Shown: positions 46,847-57,256, numbered from the stretch's first letter. The stretch is 64,000 nucleotides of DNA from an uncultured Pseudomonadales bacterium (GCA_964556485.1 CAZKVV010000005.1:16326-80325), one strand, 5' to 3'. Translations and numbers: made by a program. Notes: generated from the sequence alone by a model not told the origin.

Positions 46847-49009
46847 TCACACATCAATGAGTATCACCTTGCCATCCACCGCATATGCTTCACGTTTGGT
46901 CACAATCACGGGGTTAATCTCGATCTCAGCAAAGTATGGGACCGTCTCAACCAAATTACACATTTGTGCAATCAGATGATACAGCCGATCAACGGCAAAT
47001 GCTGACTCACCGCGATATCCTTTCAGTAAAGTATATATCTTCGATTGTTCAACTAATGCTTTAACTTCATTTTTAGTAGCTGGAAGCACTAATAAATTGC
47101 GATCATTAATCAGTTCAACCAAAGTACCGCCCGCACCCACCATCAAGACATTACCAAACTGCGCATTTTTCTTGACTCCCACTACTACTTCTATACCACC
47201 AGAGATTTGAGACTGGATCTGAATTTTTGCAGTTTTGCGCACCTTAGGTGATAAATCGGTTAATTTATCAATCAATTCCTGTGATGCCTTTTCCAATTGT
47301 TTTACGCTGGCAACACCAGTAATCACGCCACCGGCTTCGGTTTTATGTAACAGTTCGGGCGCAATCAGCTTAAGCACAACTGGAAATCCAGCATCTTTGA
47401 CAAATTTTTTAGCTTGGTCTAAATTCTCCACCAGTGCAGAGGCTGGTGTAGGTATATCCCAGTGGTCAAAAATGGCGCTTACAGCCATACCATCTATATA
47501 TTTTTCTTCTTTATTAAGTGCGGTCTCCAAATGATCCATCACCCATTTTTTTGAAGATGTTGGAACAGGCACAACTTCTTGTGGAACTGGAGCTTTAAGT
47601 GCATTTTTTTGCCAAGATCGCCACCACCATAATGAGCCCATTACCTTTATTGCGCGTTCTGGATAGCGAAAAGAAGGAATCTTGTATTTATTTAAAATTG
47701 TTTCACCTTTACTAATACTAGTACCGCCCATGAATGAACAAAAAATAGGTTTCTTGTACTTTTGGGACAGTCTGCCAATGACTTGCGCAGTTTCTTCAAT
47801 TTCTGTCATTACTTGTGGAGTAAGAATTACCAAGATTGAGTCAACTTTATTTTCTTCGAATACCACTCTAATGGCCTGCTCATATCTATCTGCCAGCGCG
47901 TCGCCGAGTACATCAATAGGATTTACCAGACTGGATGCTCGAGGTAACTGTTTTGAGAGTTGCGCAATCGTGTCCTCTGACAATGTCGCCATTGAAAGTC
48001 CTTCTGCCACCACCGCGTCACTGCTAAACACTGCTGGACCACCGGCATTTGAGATAATTGCCACTTCGGGTCCCTGTGGAATGGTGCTCCAAGACAAAGC
48101 TCGGGACAAATCAAACATGTCTTCAATCCCATCACAGCGAATCACACCAGCTTGCAACAAGGCTTTATCCAAAACGGCATCATCACCAGCAATTGCACCG
48201 GTATGAGACTGCATAGCTTTTTTAGCTGCATCTGTTTTACCTGGTTTTAACATAAAGAGTGGTGTTCTTTTTGCCAGCGTTTTTGCTATTTCAATGAATC
48301 TTGTTCCATCTACAATCGACTCCAGGTACAACCCAATGGGGTTATATCCAGATCTATCAAATCGAGATGCACCGGTGTGTTCTGTATCTGTTTCTTGGCT
48401 TGCCCAGTATTCAAGGATTTCGTTTTCAGTTAAAGAAGTTTTATTACCTAATGTCACAAAGTCGGAAAAACCCAGCTGAGCATAGGATGCCCAATCAAAA
48501 ATGCTCGATGCAATGGCACCAGACTGTGAAAGAAAACGCATGCTCCCCGTTTGCTGAACACCTTGACCAAACGTTGCGTTCAGCTTATGAAAGGTGTTAA
48601 CAAAACCAAGACAGTTGGGACCAAGTAAATGAATGCCACTCTCTGCAACCATACGTTGCAAATCTGCTTCTCGAGAAGCACCTTCCCCACCCATTTCTTT
48701 AAAACCAGCCGAAATAATCACCACACTTTTGGTGCCTTTAAGGATAATCTGTTGTAAAACAACTAACACAATTTCTGCTGGCACCACAATAATTGCTAGA
48801 TCTGGCACCTCAGGAATTTGGGCATATTCAGCATATACTTTACAGCCCTCAATTGTTGTTGAACTAGGGTTAATTGGAAACAACTCACCAGAGAATCCGC
48901 CCGCAATAATGTTGCGAAACAAAATATTACCTAGCTTTGTTTTATCACTCGATGCACCTACAACTGCTATTGATCGTGGCTGAAATAATGTGTGTAGATC
49001 CGCAACCAT
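46847..49009 (-). CDS. Acetate-CoA ligase (ADP-forming), fused alpha/beta
   Basis: PRSIAVVGAS, GPNCLG, SHTG phospho-His, HKTEAGGV and EINP motifs; ATG 49009. Confidence 0.92.
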   Translation of the reverse strand: MVADLHTLFQPRSIAVVGASSDKTKLGNILFRNIIAGGFSGELFPINPSSTTIEGCKVYAEYAQIPEVPDLAIIVVPAEIVLVVLQQIILKGTKSVVIISAGFKEMGGEGASREADLQRMVAESGIHLLGPNCLGFVNTFHKLNATFGQGVQQTGSMRFLSQSGAIASSIFDWASYAQLGFSDFVTLGNKTSLTENEILEYWASQETDTEHTGASRFDRSGYNPIGLYLESIVDGTRFIEIAKTLAKRTPLFMLKPGKTDAAKKAMQSHTGAIAGDDAVLDKALLQAGVIRCDGIEDMFDLSRALSWSTIPQGPEVAIISNAGGPAVFSSDAVVAEGLSMATLSEDTIAQLSKQLPRASSLVNPIDVLGDALADRYEQAIRVVFEENKVDSILVILTPQVMTEIEETAQVIGRLSQKYKKPIFCSFMGGTSISKGETILNKYKIPSFRYPERAIKVMGSLWWWRSWQKNALKAPVPQEVVPVPTSSKKWVMDHLETALNKEEKYIDGMAVSAIFDHWDIPTPASALVENLDQAKKFVKDAGFPVVLKLIAPELLHKTEAGGVITGVASVKQLEKASQELIDKLTDLSPKVRKTAKIQIQSQISGGIEVVVGVKKNAQFGNVLMVGAGGTLVELINDRNLLVLPATKNEVKALVEQSKIYTLLKGYRGESAFAVDRLYHLIAQMCNLVETVPYFAEIEINPVIVTKREAYAVDGKVILIDV

Positions 49010-49128
49010 ACTTTTTCTGTTCCTTACAGCAGTATACGGGAGAATAGAAACTACTGTAAAGTTACGCTTTCCTTGACACCATGCTTGCCAACAGTTCAGA
49101 ATAGGCATGAACAACTAAAGGAATAAAG

Positions 49129-50046
49129 ATGAACAGAGCAACAACCGTTTCAATTATTGGCTGTGGAAATGTAGGCATGACTGCTGCTTACTCAATTTTA
49201 CATCGAGGCGATGTAGACCACTTAGTACTGGTTGGACGTGATTCTTCACAACTGATTGGTGAAGAACTCGATCTCGAACATGGTCTAAACTTCATGCACA
49301 CCGCAACCATTAGCTCTACAGATGACTACGCAGATATTGCTCATAGTGATGTTGTTGTTGTCACAGCTGGCGCTGCACAAAAACCTGGAGAAACAAGACT
49401 TGATCTAGCAAAGAAAAACATTGCAATCATTGAGGATATTGTTCCTAAAATTGTCCGCCACGCACCACAAGCTGTCATTCTAGTGGTCAGCAATCCTGTG
49501 GATATATTGACATACAAAGCACACCATATTTCTGGGTTGCCCAAAGGTCGCGTGTTTGGCTCTGGAACGACTCTCGACACCGCTCGATTCCGCTTTCACC
49601 TCGCTGAACACCTTGATGTGCACCCACGCAGCATTCATGCCTACGTCTTGGGAGAACATGGCGACAACTCTTTTCCAACGCTTTCGAGTGCAAACATTGG
49701 CGGACAAAATTTAAAAGATTTCCCTGGATTCACCGAGGAAAAAGCACTTAAGGCCTACCAAAAAGCCAGAGATGCTGCCTACACCATCATTCAGTCAAAA
49801 GGTGCTACCTACTATGCTATTGGCGCTGTGGTCTCACATATTGTTTCAACCATTTTGAAAGATAAGAAAACAGTCTTACCAGTATCAATTCCACTCCACA
49901 ATTACTATGGACATAGTGGCGTTGCCCTTAGTGTTCCTTGTATTGTTGGCCGCTCTGGGGTTGAGAGGGTGTTGACTACCCATTTATCCGCACATGAACA
50001 AATGCAACTACGCCAAACGGTGGAAGCACTCAAAGAGTTTTTATAA
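49129..50046 (+). CDS. ldh: L-lactate dehydrogenase
   Basis: GCGNVG, AQKPGETRLDL (Gln specificity residue), DTARF and GEHGD motifs. Confidence 0.93.
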   Translation: MNRATTVSIIGCGNVGMTAAYSILHRGDVDHLVLVGRDSSQLIGEELDLEHGLNFMHTATISSTDDYADIAHSDVVVVTAGAAQKPGETRLDLAKKNIAIIEDIVPKIVRHAPQAVILVVSNPVDILTYKAHHISGLPKGRVFGSGTTLDTARFRFHLAEHLDVHPRSIHAYVLGEHGDNSFPTLSSANIGGQNLKDFPGFTEEKALKAYQKARDAAYTIIQSKGATYYAIGAVVSHIVSTILKDKKTVLPVSIPLHNYYGHSGVALSVPCIVGRSGVERVLTTHLSAHEQMQLRQTVEALKEFL

Positions 50047-51036
50047 ATTCTCAAATACATTTGCTCGGTATTGTGACCGAATTAACCCATCTATTACTGC
50101 TTGTTTATTATCTGGTATTGTATTTACCAATGCCTTAATATCCTCAAGATAATCAGGGGTATATCTTTTCGCTGGACGCAAAAGTGCCCAGTTGCCGTTG
50201 CTAATATCAATTTTTGTAATTCCAGCATCAAATGCATCTTCAAGTGTATTATTTAGTTCGAATCCTGTAGGAGAATACCAATGGCCCTCAAAAAATGTCT
50301 GACCAGATGCAGAAGTAAAAGTCTTTAAACATAATCCTGCACGCTTGCCAATAAATTTAACTGCCACATATTCATTTACAACAACTACCGCATCATTATT
50401 TAACGCTTGCAATAATCTTGGCTCAGATTCATCACATAACCACCAATTCCCATTGCTGACCTGAATGCTCATATCCATTTCTATAAGTTGTGGCCTTATC
50501 TCGGCGCGTAAAGCTTCGGGCAAATCGTATATTTTTAGTTGCGAAAGAATGATTGCTATCTGAAACTGATACGTTAAAACATCATCAAGTAGTATATCCA
50601 AAAGCGTAAGGATGAAATCGTTATTTAATTCTTTAACTATCTTAAAAAAATTGTCTTTATTTTGATATCTAAAGCCCTTGTAAATTTCATCTGTTTCAGC
50701 TTGAGAAAACATCAACTCTAAGAGAAACAGTAAGTCATCATTTTTGACCGTTAGCACTAATGCTTTTTTTAATTTTTCTTGATTGTCTTTAGAAAACGAG
50801 TTAATTACAGCATTCAGCACCTCATACCTACTTAAGCATCCTTGAGCTTTGGTTTCAACATACGACAAGGTAGGACCCTGGAAAGCACTTGTTGTTTTTG
50901 CTGCATAAAGAGTAAATTTGGGAAATACATGTCTAATTTGCAAACCAGACTCTCCATTTTTTGGGGGGGGATTATACTCTAGACCTTGAGTTGTAGCATC
51001 TCCATGATGTTTTTGGTCAGTGATATTTTCGCTCAT
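50041..51036 (-). CDS. Hypothetical protein (AT-rich)
   Basis: 331-aa ORF with no recognised motif. Confidence 0.65.
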   Translation of the reverse strand: MSENITDQKHHGDATTQGLEYNPPPKNGESGLQIRHVFPKFTLYAAKTTSAFQGPTLSYVETKAQGCLSRYEVLNAVINSFSKDNQEKLKKALVLTVKNDDLLFLLELMFSQAETDEIYKGFRYQNKDNFFKIVKELNNDFILTLLDILLDDVLTYQFQIAIILSQLKIYDLPEALRAEIRPQLIEMDMSIQVSNGNWWLCDESEPRLLQALNNDAVVVVNEYVAVKFIGKRAGLCLKTFTSASGQTFFEGHWYSPTGFELNNTLEDAFDAGITKIDISNGNWALLRPAKRYTPDYLEDIKALVNTIPDNKQAVIDGLIRSQYRANVFENL

Positions 51037-51129
51037 AGTACAACAGCAAGTCTGATGATAAAGTAGCCATGAAATTCATCATATTCTGAGTTAAATTTAG
51101 AATCAAGAACATTTTTTTGCACCAACTAA

Positions 51130-51711
51130 CTAAATAACGGGAATTTCACCATTAAAGAAATTTGATTGAATTAATTCTTCACAACTAAGCAACAAATCAT
51201 CTAGAGAACCGGTATTGTGAATAGTGTGGTCGACTAACTCTAAGCAGGCTTCAACTTGTTGACCGCTTTCTTCCTCACCGACACCTTTTTCTCGTTGATT
51301 TGCCCGTAAAAATGATACTTTGGTAACGCCATCTTCACCACGATCGCTTGCGCGCTCTAAATAGCGCTGCATCCGCACATATTGTGGTGCAACTACGCCT
51401 AAAATAAATGCCTCAGAATGCTGACGTAAATACTCAACTTCCTCAGGATTTCGCACACCATCTATCACAACTTGGTCGTTATTTTTTGCTAGTTCGAGCA
51501 CGCGCTGGGCCAACACGGCTCCACCATGCTTCTCTCGTAATTCATTTCCTACATTTTGCAGATTCACTCGAGTAATTGGCAAGTCACGGTCAAGACATTC
51601 TTCTCTAATTGCATCAGAAAGTTTGTAGTACACAAAACCACGATCGACAAAGTGGGTAGAAATAGTACTTTTACCACTCGCAATGTATCCGACTAAGCCA
51701 ACAACTTGCAT
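51130..51711 (-). CDS. P-loop nucleoside monophosphate kinase-like (dephospho-CoA kinase-like)
   Basis: GYIASGKST, LSDAIRE and VIDGVRNPEEV motifs. Confidence 0.85.
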   Translation of the reverse strand: MQVVGLVGYIASGKSTISTHFVDRGFVYYKLSDAIREECLDRDLPITRVNLQNVGNELREKHGGAVLAQRVLELAKNNDQVVIDGVRNPEEVEYLRQHSEAFILGVVAPQYVRMQRYLERASDRGEDGVTKVSFLRANQREKGVGEEESGQQVEACLELVDHTIHNTGSLDDLLLSCEELIQSNFFNGEIPVI

Positions 51712-51732
51712 GAGGGTTGTTATACACTGAAA

Positions 51733-52812
51733 TTACGCTTGTTGAGTAGAGGGAATTGCAGGAGTGCCAGTTTGTTGCTGTTTGGCTTGGTATTCTTTGA
51801 ACAATACATCGGTTAATGCCCAGACTTCTTCTGTGGAAAAATGAGAACGTTTATACTGTATTTGAGTCTCATCACAAAGTAACGCAATGAAATCTTGGTA
51901 GGTTGCAAACTTATATCCATTTCCAATAAAAATATAACGAAATTTCTTGTCCATACTTTGTTGCTCAAACTTTTTTGTATTTATGAGAGAAAATGCGAGG
52001 TCTGGAGTAATGGCGCCTTGTCTTTCATGAACTCTTCTATTTGCTGGCACAACGAGATGTACTAACATAGTTTCGCTCATGCTTACTGTCTCAACTTTTG
52101 AAAGATTATACAAGCCTTTGTCTGCAAGCACGGATCGATGATTCTTTCCGGCATCACTGTTTAGCCAATTAATGAGTGTACGAAGCGCCTCTTTAAATCC
52201 GCTATCGAGTAACTGTGCGTACGCTCTATAATCAAGCATTCCTAATTTTGCCTCACCCAATACCTCGAATCGTACATTTCCAGCACCACTTATCAGGACA
52301 TAGGCAAGATCTGGGTTTTTTAGTCTTAATGGCACACCGTACTTTATCGGATTTTGCCAAAGCAAAAGCAGTTCTTCAGCAACTTTCAACCGGTATTCCA
52401 ATGCCTCCCGTTTTTCTTCCTTTTCGGCAGCATCTTCTAAACTGTCCAGCGCATCTAACTTCTCTAAACGAAACTCCGCTGCTGCAAATAATTCAAACAG
52501 TTTACCTGAGATCATTCCACGCTTATATTCATCTCCTTGTTCAAAAAATTCTTTTTCCACAATATTGACTACTGCTGTCAAAATATCAGGATGAGAATGA
52601 AACAGATTAACCAAAATTCGCAACTGTTTATGTCTATCTACTTTGTTCTCATAATGTCTTCCTCTTGATTCCAAAATTGTGAGAAAAAAGCTGGCAATTT
52701 GAGGTTGCTCATCAGAAATGATACGCAAGGTGTTTTTCAAATCCTGATCTTGATTCCCAAGAAGTTTGGTCATGCGAAGATACATTTGTGTTCCATTTTC
52801 ATTTTCAGCCAT
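51733..52812 (-). CDS. Hypothetical protein with putative PD-(D/E)XK motif
   Basis: GKLFE...NPDLAY...GEAKLG. Confidence 0.6.
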   Translation of the reverse strand: MAENENGTQMYLRMTKLLGNQDQDLKNTLRIISDEQPQIASFFLTILESRGRHYENKVDRHKQLRILVNLFHSHPDILTAVVNIVEKEFFEQGDEYKRGMISGKLFELFAAAEFRLEKLDALDSLEDAAEKEEKREALEYRLKVAEELLLLWQNPIKYGVPLRLKNPDLAYVLISGAGNVRFEVLGEAKLGMLDYRAYAQLLDSGFKEALRTLINWLNSDAGKNHRSVLADKGLYNLSKVETVSMSETMLVHLVVPANRRVHERQGAITPDLAFSLINTKKFEQQSMDKKFRYIFIGNGYKFATYQDFIALLCDETQIQYKRSHFSTEEVWALTDVLFKEYQAKQQQTGTPAIPSTQQA

Positions 52813-52876
52813 ACTATTACTCTACATCGTAAACATAGAGGGCACAAGAGAGTTACACCTGCTACACTAGCAATAT

Positions 52877-53146
52877 ATGCAACGAGGCGTCATAACATTT
52901 ACCACCCAAGAACAAAAAATTATTTACCAAATACTGCATGACTTTGTACCGGACCTTACCCAGCTTCAACAAAAATTTTTAGTTACTCAAACAGACGGTG
53001 AACTGGAACATTTGGATAGTATTGAACTCAGTCGCGATGAAGTCGAACTCATTTTGGATCAAATGCCTATTCCTTCAGGTGAAGAACCAGAAGAAGTCTC
53101 GCATATAAGATCGTTGTTATCAAGCTTTTTAAACCCAGTCAAGTAA
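52877..53146 (+). CDS. Small acidic hypothetical protein
   Basis: 89-aa ORF with TGcTACACT -10 just upstream. Confidence 0.6.
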   Translation: MQRGVITFTTQEQKIIYQILHDFVPDLTQLQQKFLVTQTDGELEHLDSIELSRDEVELILDQMPIPSGEEPEEVSHIRSLLSSFLNPVK

Positions 53147-53247
53147 ACAAAATGTACTTAACTGATACTTCTGCTACACAGCTTGACCATTCTATGCTTT
53201 AATGGCCTTTACGTACTAACAGGTAATCAATTGTAAGGAGATTAAAC

Positions 53248-54024
53248 ATGGCAAAATCTGAAAATCAGTACTCACTGAGTTCACTCATTGAGTTTCTTAA
53301 TAATAATTTCGTACTCATACTCATTGTGTTATTCTTTTTCGCAGGTGGATTTGTGCTCGGTTCTCTCTGGACTGAGAATCAATTACTTAAATCTGGTGGT
53401 ACAGCAGGTGCTGGCGCCGCAGCGGGTGCAGCAGCAGCTCCAGCTGGTCCAACCGGCCCAACTGAAGAACAACTCGCTTCTTTACCAGAAGTAAGCAATG
53501 ATGATCACATTCGTGGAAACAAAAATGCAAAAATTGTACTCGTAGAATATTCCGACTTTGAGTGTCCATACTGTCAGAAATTCACCCCAACTCTGGATGA
53601 AGTGTTAAAAGCATATGGTAAAGATGTAGCACTCGTGTTTAGACATTATCCACTCCCTTTCCATGCTAATGCTCAAAAAGCTGCTGAAGCTTCAGAGTGT
53701 GTAGCCAAACTTGGTGGTAACGAAAAGTTCTGGGAATATCATGACCTTTACTTTGAAAAGACCCCAGCTACTGGCACAGGTATCGCTGTTGCAGACATGG
53801 GTAAATTAGCAGGCGAAATTGGTCTTAACGCTACTGCTGTACAAACTTGTATCGATTCTGGTGAAATGGCTGAAAAAGTCACTAAGCAGATGGAAGCTGG
53901 TGCAGCTGCAGGTGTTAGTGGTACTCCAGGTACTTATATCGTCACTAAAGATGGTGCCAAAGCAATGATCCCAGGAGCACTTCCATTAGATCAAATTAAG
54001 ACTCAAATCGACATGTATCTGTAA
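53248..54024 (+). CDS. DsbA/BdbD family thiol-disulfide oxidoreductase
   Basis: TM anchor, EYSDFECPYC, GTP cis-Pro loop. Confidence 0.93.
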   Translation: MAKSENQYSLSSLIEFLNNNFVLILIVLFFFAGGFVLGSLWTENQLLKSGGTAGAGAAAGAAAAPAGPTGPTEEQLASLPEVSNDDHIRGNKNAKIVLVEYSDFECPYCQKFTPTLDEVLKAYGKDVALVFRHYPLPFHANAQKAAEASECVAKLGGNEKFWEYHDLYFEKTPATGTGIAVADMGKLAGEIGLNATAVQTCIDSGEMAEKVTKQMEAGAAAGVSGTPGTYIVTKDGAKAMIPGALPLDQIKTQIDMYL

Positions 54025-54060
54025 GGTTTGCAGATAAGAGTTGAAAAATGACTTGAATAT

Positions 54061-54090
54061 AAGATGCGGCGCCAACAGGCGCCGCATCTT
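54061..54090. terminator. Terminator between convergent dsbA and ferredoxin genes
   Basis: AAGATGCGGCGCC/GGCGCCGCATCTT 13-bp inverted repeat. Confidence 0.75.
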
Positions 54091-54329
54091 TATTGTACTT
54101 TGATAACCCGCACCGGACACGCATCCGCTGCTTCTTTATTTTCTGCGATATCTTCCGCAACCACTTTTCGCAAAAACATCCCTTTTTTTTCAACAGCACC
54201 TTCGAGATCCGACTTGCCATCTTCAGCCGACATTGTCCAATACTGAGGACTAATCAGGGCACACAATCCACACCCAATACAGTTTTTTCTGTCGTGGCTT
54301 ACGGTTGCTTTTACTATTGGTTCATCCAT
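54090..54329 (-). CDS. Ferredoxin (single 4Fe-4S)
   Basis: CIGCGLC...CP. Confidence 0.9.
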   Translation of the reverse strand: MDEPIVKATVSHDRKNCIGCGLCALISPQYWTMSAEDGKSDLEGAVEKKGMFLRKVVAEDIAENKEAADACPVRVIKVQ

Positions 54330-54346
54330 AGTTTTATTGAAAGTAC

Positions 54347-55615
54347 TTAAAACCCATTATTCACAGTGACCACTTTATACAGTCTGTCTCCACGGCGAAC
54401 TTTTTGTGAAATACTGAATGTCACAACACTACCCTTTGGTGCTAGCTCTACTTCCTTTTCCTCAATAATTAACTTTGGAGCGGTACCTCTCACAACACCT
54501 GTCGTTTCACCAGTAATCAGGTACTCATCGGTGTTGGCAATAGTATTTTCTTGCGCAGTCACCTCTACCACCCCAATTTTTGAAAAGTAATTCGTTACTA
54601 CTCCCACCAATTCTCGTTTTTGGGTTGCTCTATTTCCATAGGCACCACTCCAAGCGACAAACGGTTTACCCAAGTAGAATCCACCACTCATGCCTCGGTT
54701 GTAGACAGTTCCCAGGCGCTTATTCCACTCCACAATCTTCTCTTGAGTGTACGTGCCAGCATTTAATGCATCCAGTGCTTCTCTATACACTCTAATCACT
54801 TTGTCGACATAATCTGCTGATCTACCTCTTCCCTCAATTTTGAGAACGGCAATACCGGTATCCACAAGTTCATCAAGCAGTCCTACCGTACACAAGTCTT
54901 CTGGACTGAGCACGTAATCATTTTCAACTTTTAATTGGGTATTTGTCTGTTCATCAATAATTTTGTAGCTACGTCTGCAGTTCTGTCTACACGCGCCACG
55001 GTTGGCCGAAGAATTATCAGTGAGCAAACTCATTCCGCATCGTCCAGAGATCGCCACACACATTGCTCCATGACCAAACACTTCAATCTCGAGTGGCCGG
55101 CCACTTCTACCAGTAATACCTTGCGCTTTAATTTCATCACATACGTGCTTAATCATGGGAACAGTCAGTTCGCGAGCTAACACAATGGTGTCTGAAAGCT
55201 GGGCAAAATACTTGACTGTTTCGACATTAGCAATTGAAAGCTGGGTGGAAATATGGACCTCTACACCAATCTCATTTGCATAGGCAATAGCTGCCATATC
55301 GGCAACAATAATTGCATCAATGCCATTGGCTTTAACTGCGTCAATAATGGCATATGCCAACTTCATATCATGATCGTATAAGAGCGTGTTGAGTGTTAGG
55401 TATGTTCTAACCTTGTGTTTTTGAGCAATTTTGGCAATTTTAGCTAGATCGTTAAAGTCGAAATTATTTGCCGCTCTGGCACGCATATTAAGTTGTGTAA
55501 TGCCAAAAAAAACTGAGTCACAACCCGCATTAATAGCTGCCTGCAAACTTTCAAATGATCCCACTGGGGCCATTAGTTCAACACTGTGTGTGACTTTTTT
55601 TCCTGATTTTTCCAT
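54347..55615 (-). CDS. Peptidase U32 family Fe-S RNA hydroxylation protein (TrhP-like)
   Basis: ELMAPVG, HISTQ, LAREL, HGAMC..SGRC..NRGACRQNCR and KIEGR motifs. Confidence 0.9.
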   Translation of the reverse strand: MEKSGKKVTHSVELMAPVGSFESLQAAINAGCDSVFFGITQLNMRARAANNFDFNDLAKIAKIAQKHKVRTYLTLNTLLYDHDMKLAYAIIDAVKANGIDAIIVADMAAIAYANEIGVEVHISTQLSIANVETVKYFAQLSDTIVLARELTVPMIKHVCDEIKAQGITGRSGRPLEIEVFGHGAMCVAISGRCGMSLLTDNSSANRGACRQNCRRSYKIIDEQTNTQLKVENDYVLSPEDLCTVGLLDELVDTGIAVLKIEGRGRSADYVDKVIRVYREALDALNAGTYTQEKIVEWNKRLGTVYNRGMSGGFYLGKPFVAWSGAYGNRATQKRELVGVVTNYFSKIGVVEVTAQENTIANTDEYLITGETTGVVRGTAPKLIIEEKEVELAPKGSVVTFSISQKVRRGDRLYKVVTVNNGF

Positions 55616-55713
55616 ACATTTTCCTAACTATAAGAAACTGTATTGTACTTTTTTACGTGCCAAAGCACAAATGTAGCTCCTGTCCACTGGTTCTAGTACG
55701 ATACAATACCGCT

Positions 55714-56649
55714 ATGAAGCAAAAAGAAATTGGCAGAACAGCATTTGAAACCTACTACACAGGTCTCTTTGCTGATGAACAACAAGCTGCCGCATTTTTT
55801 GCCGCACTTAACACTAAAAAACAGCCCGTGTTGCTTGTTGATCCCAAAAACCTGCCAAAACTGCAAAAACTCTGGCAAGAACAAGGCATAACTCTAACGC
55901 CTCTTGATTGGTACCCGCATGCGTACCTTTGGCCAAAGGAAGTGCCTATCAATACACCTTTACCAGGATATAACGAACATCTGTTTTACCCGCTCAATGC
56001 TTCTTCGCTCATTCCGGTGCAAGCACTCAGTCCCAAACCAGGTGACTATATCCTAGATGCCTGCGCTGCCCCCGGTGGTAAATCCCTAGCCATTGCCAAC
56101 CTACTAGGCGACTCCCATACTCTAGTAGCCAACGACCTCTCGCGCAGCAGGCGAGATCGAATGAAATCCATTTTTACCTCGCATTCAAAAGAAATTGCAG
56201 TCTGGGGCATGATGGCAGAACTTATTTGCAAACGATCACCTGAAGCATTTGACAAAATTTTGCTTGACGCACCATGCAGTTCGGAAGCACACATCTACAC
56301 CACCCCCGAAGAACTTACTAAATGGTCGCACAACCGTGTGATTTCACTCAAAAAGCGACAAGTTGGGTTACTGAGTGGACTTTGGCATGCACTCAAACCA
56401 GGAGGCATCTTGGTCTACTCAACCTGTGCGGTCACACCAGAAGAAAATGAGTGGGTTATTGCCACCTTTCTCAAGAAGAGAAAGGGTGAAGCAATCCTGA
56501 TACCTTGGACTGCCCAAACCCCTGGACAACTAGGCATAGCTGGAGACTACCCTGCTATGCTAGATCTAAACAGTGTGCGCAGAATTGCAGTCACTGAGGG
56601 TGAACTGGGACCAATGTTTGTTGCTGTACTACAAAAAAGCGGAGCTTGA
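55714..56649 (+). CDS. RsmB/RsmF (NOL1/NOP2) RNA m5C methyltransferase
   Basis: DACAAPGGKS, DAPCS and YSTC...EENE motifs; ATG 55714. Confidence 0.92.
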   Translation: MKQKEIGRTAFETYYTGLFADEQQAAAFFAALNTKKQPVLLVDPKNLPKLQKLWQEQGITLTPLDWYPHAYLWPKEVPINTPLPGYNEHLFYPLNASSLIPVQALSPKPGDYILDACAAPGGKSLAIANLLGDSHTLVANDLSRSRRDRMKSIFTSHSKEIAVWGMMAELICKRSPEAFDKILLDAPCSSEAHIYTTPEELTKWSHNRVISLKKRQVGLLSGLWHALKPGGILVYSTCAVTPEENEWVIATFLKKRKGEAILIPWTAQTPGQLGIAGDYPAMLDLNSVRRIAVTEGELGPMFVAVLQKSGA

Positions 56650-56709
56650 GAGCTCCGCTTTCTTCGTGTCTGACCGACACGGCAATGAGATTTTTTCTGA
56701 GAAAAAAAG

Positions 56710-57183
56710 CTACCTGTGCATTTTCCGTGCAGACCTTCCAGGCTGTAATTCGCCCATAATGGTTTGCCAATCAATGCCTTGAGACTCCGCCCAAGCTTTC
56801 AATTCATCGCGTTCTGTCTTGAAATGCTCTTGGCGTTCCTCGCGATTCATATCTTGCAGAGCAGCGTGTTCTGTCCGTAGCTCCTCATGCTTAGCAATGA
56901 TTGCTGCCTTTTGTGCCTCTGAGATCTTCCCAGCGGTAACGAGTGCAGAGAGTTTTTCTGTAAACTGAGCATTCATGTCTTCATGACGCTCTTCCCGATA
57001 TTCATCGAATACCGCTTCGACCTCCGACTGTTGTAAGCCAAACCGCTCAGCAATCCTCTGAGTTAGACCCTGAGCTGGGCTGGTATCCGTAACAGCCTGC
57101 ACCGCTTGTGCAGAAGCTGCTACGACACCAGTACCTATTACAATCGCCAAGGCTGGAAGCAGTATGTTTTTATTAATGTGCAT
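56710..57183 (-). CDS. Secreted helical protein (Spy/CpxP-like, putative envelope chaperone)
   Basis: Signal peptide; all-helical with GKISEAQK and charged repeats; follows the histidine kinase. Confidence 0.6.
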   Translation of the reverse strand: MHINKNILLPALAIVIGTGVVAASAQAVQAVTDTSPAQGLTQRIAERFGLQQSEVEAVFDEYREERHEDMNAQFTEKLSALVTAGKISEAQKAAIIAKHEELRTEHAALQDMNREERQEHFKTERDELKAWAESQGIDWQTIMGELQPGRSARKMHR

Positions 57184-57239
57184 ATCTAGTCCTTTCACTA
57201 CTAGCTCTTTTCTACTAAGTGCTAGTGTAAAGATCGTTT

Positions 57240-57256
57240 CTGAGAATACCCTGAAA
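57240..57256 (-). promoter_or_regulatory. Putative response-regulator box TTTCAG-N5-TCTCAG
   Basis: 11-bp-period direct repeat 10 nt upstream of TACACT -10; matches site at 59019-59035. Confidence 0.7.
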
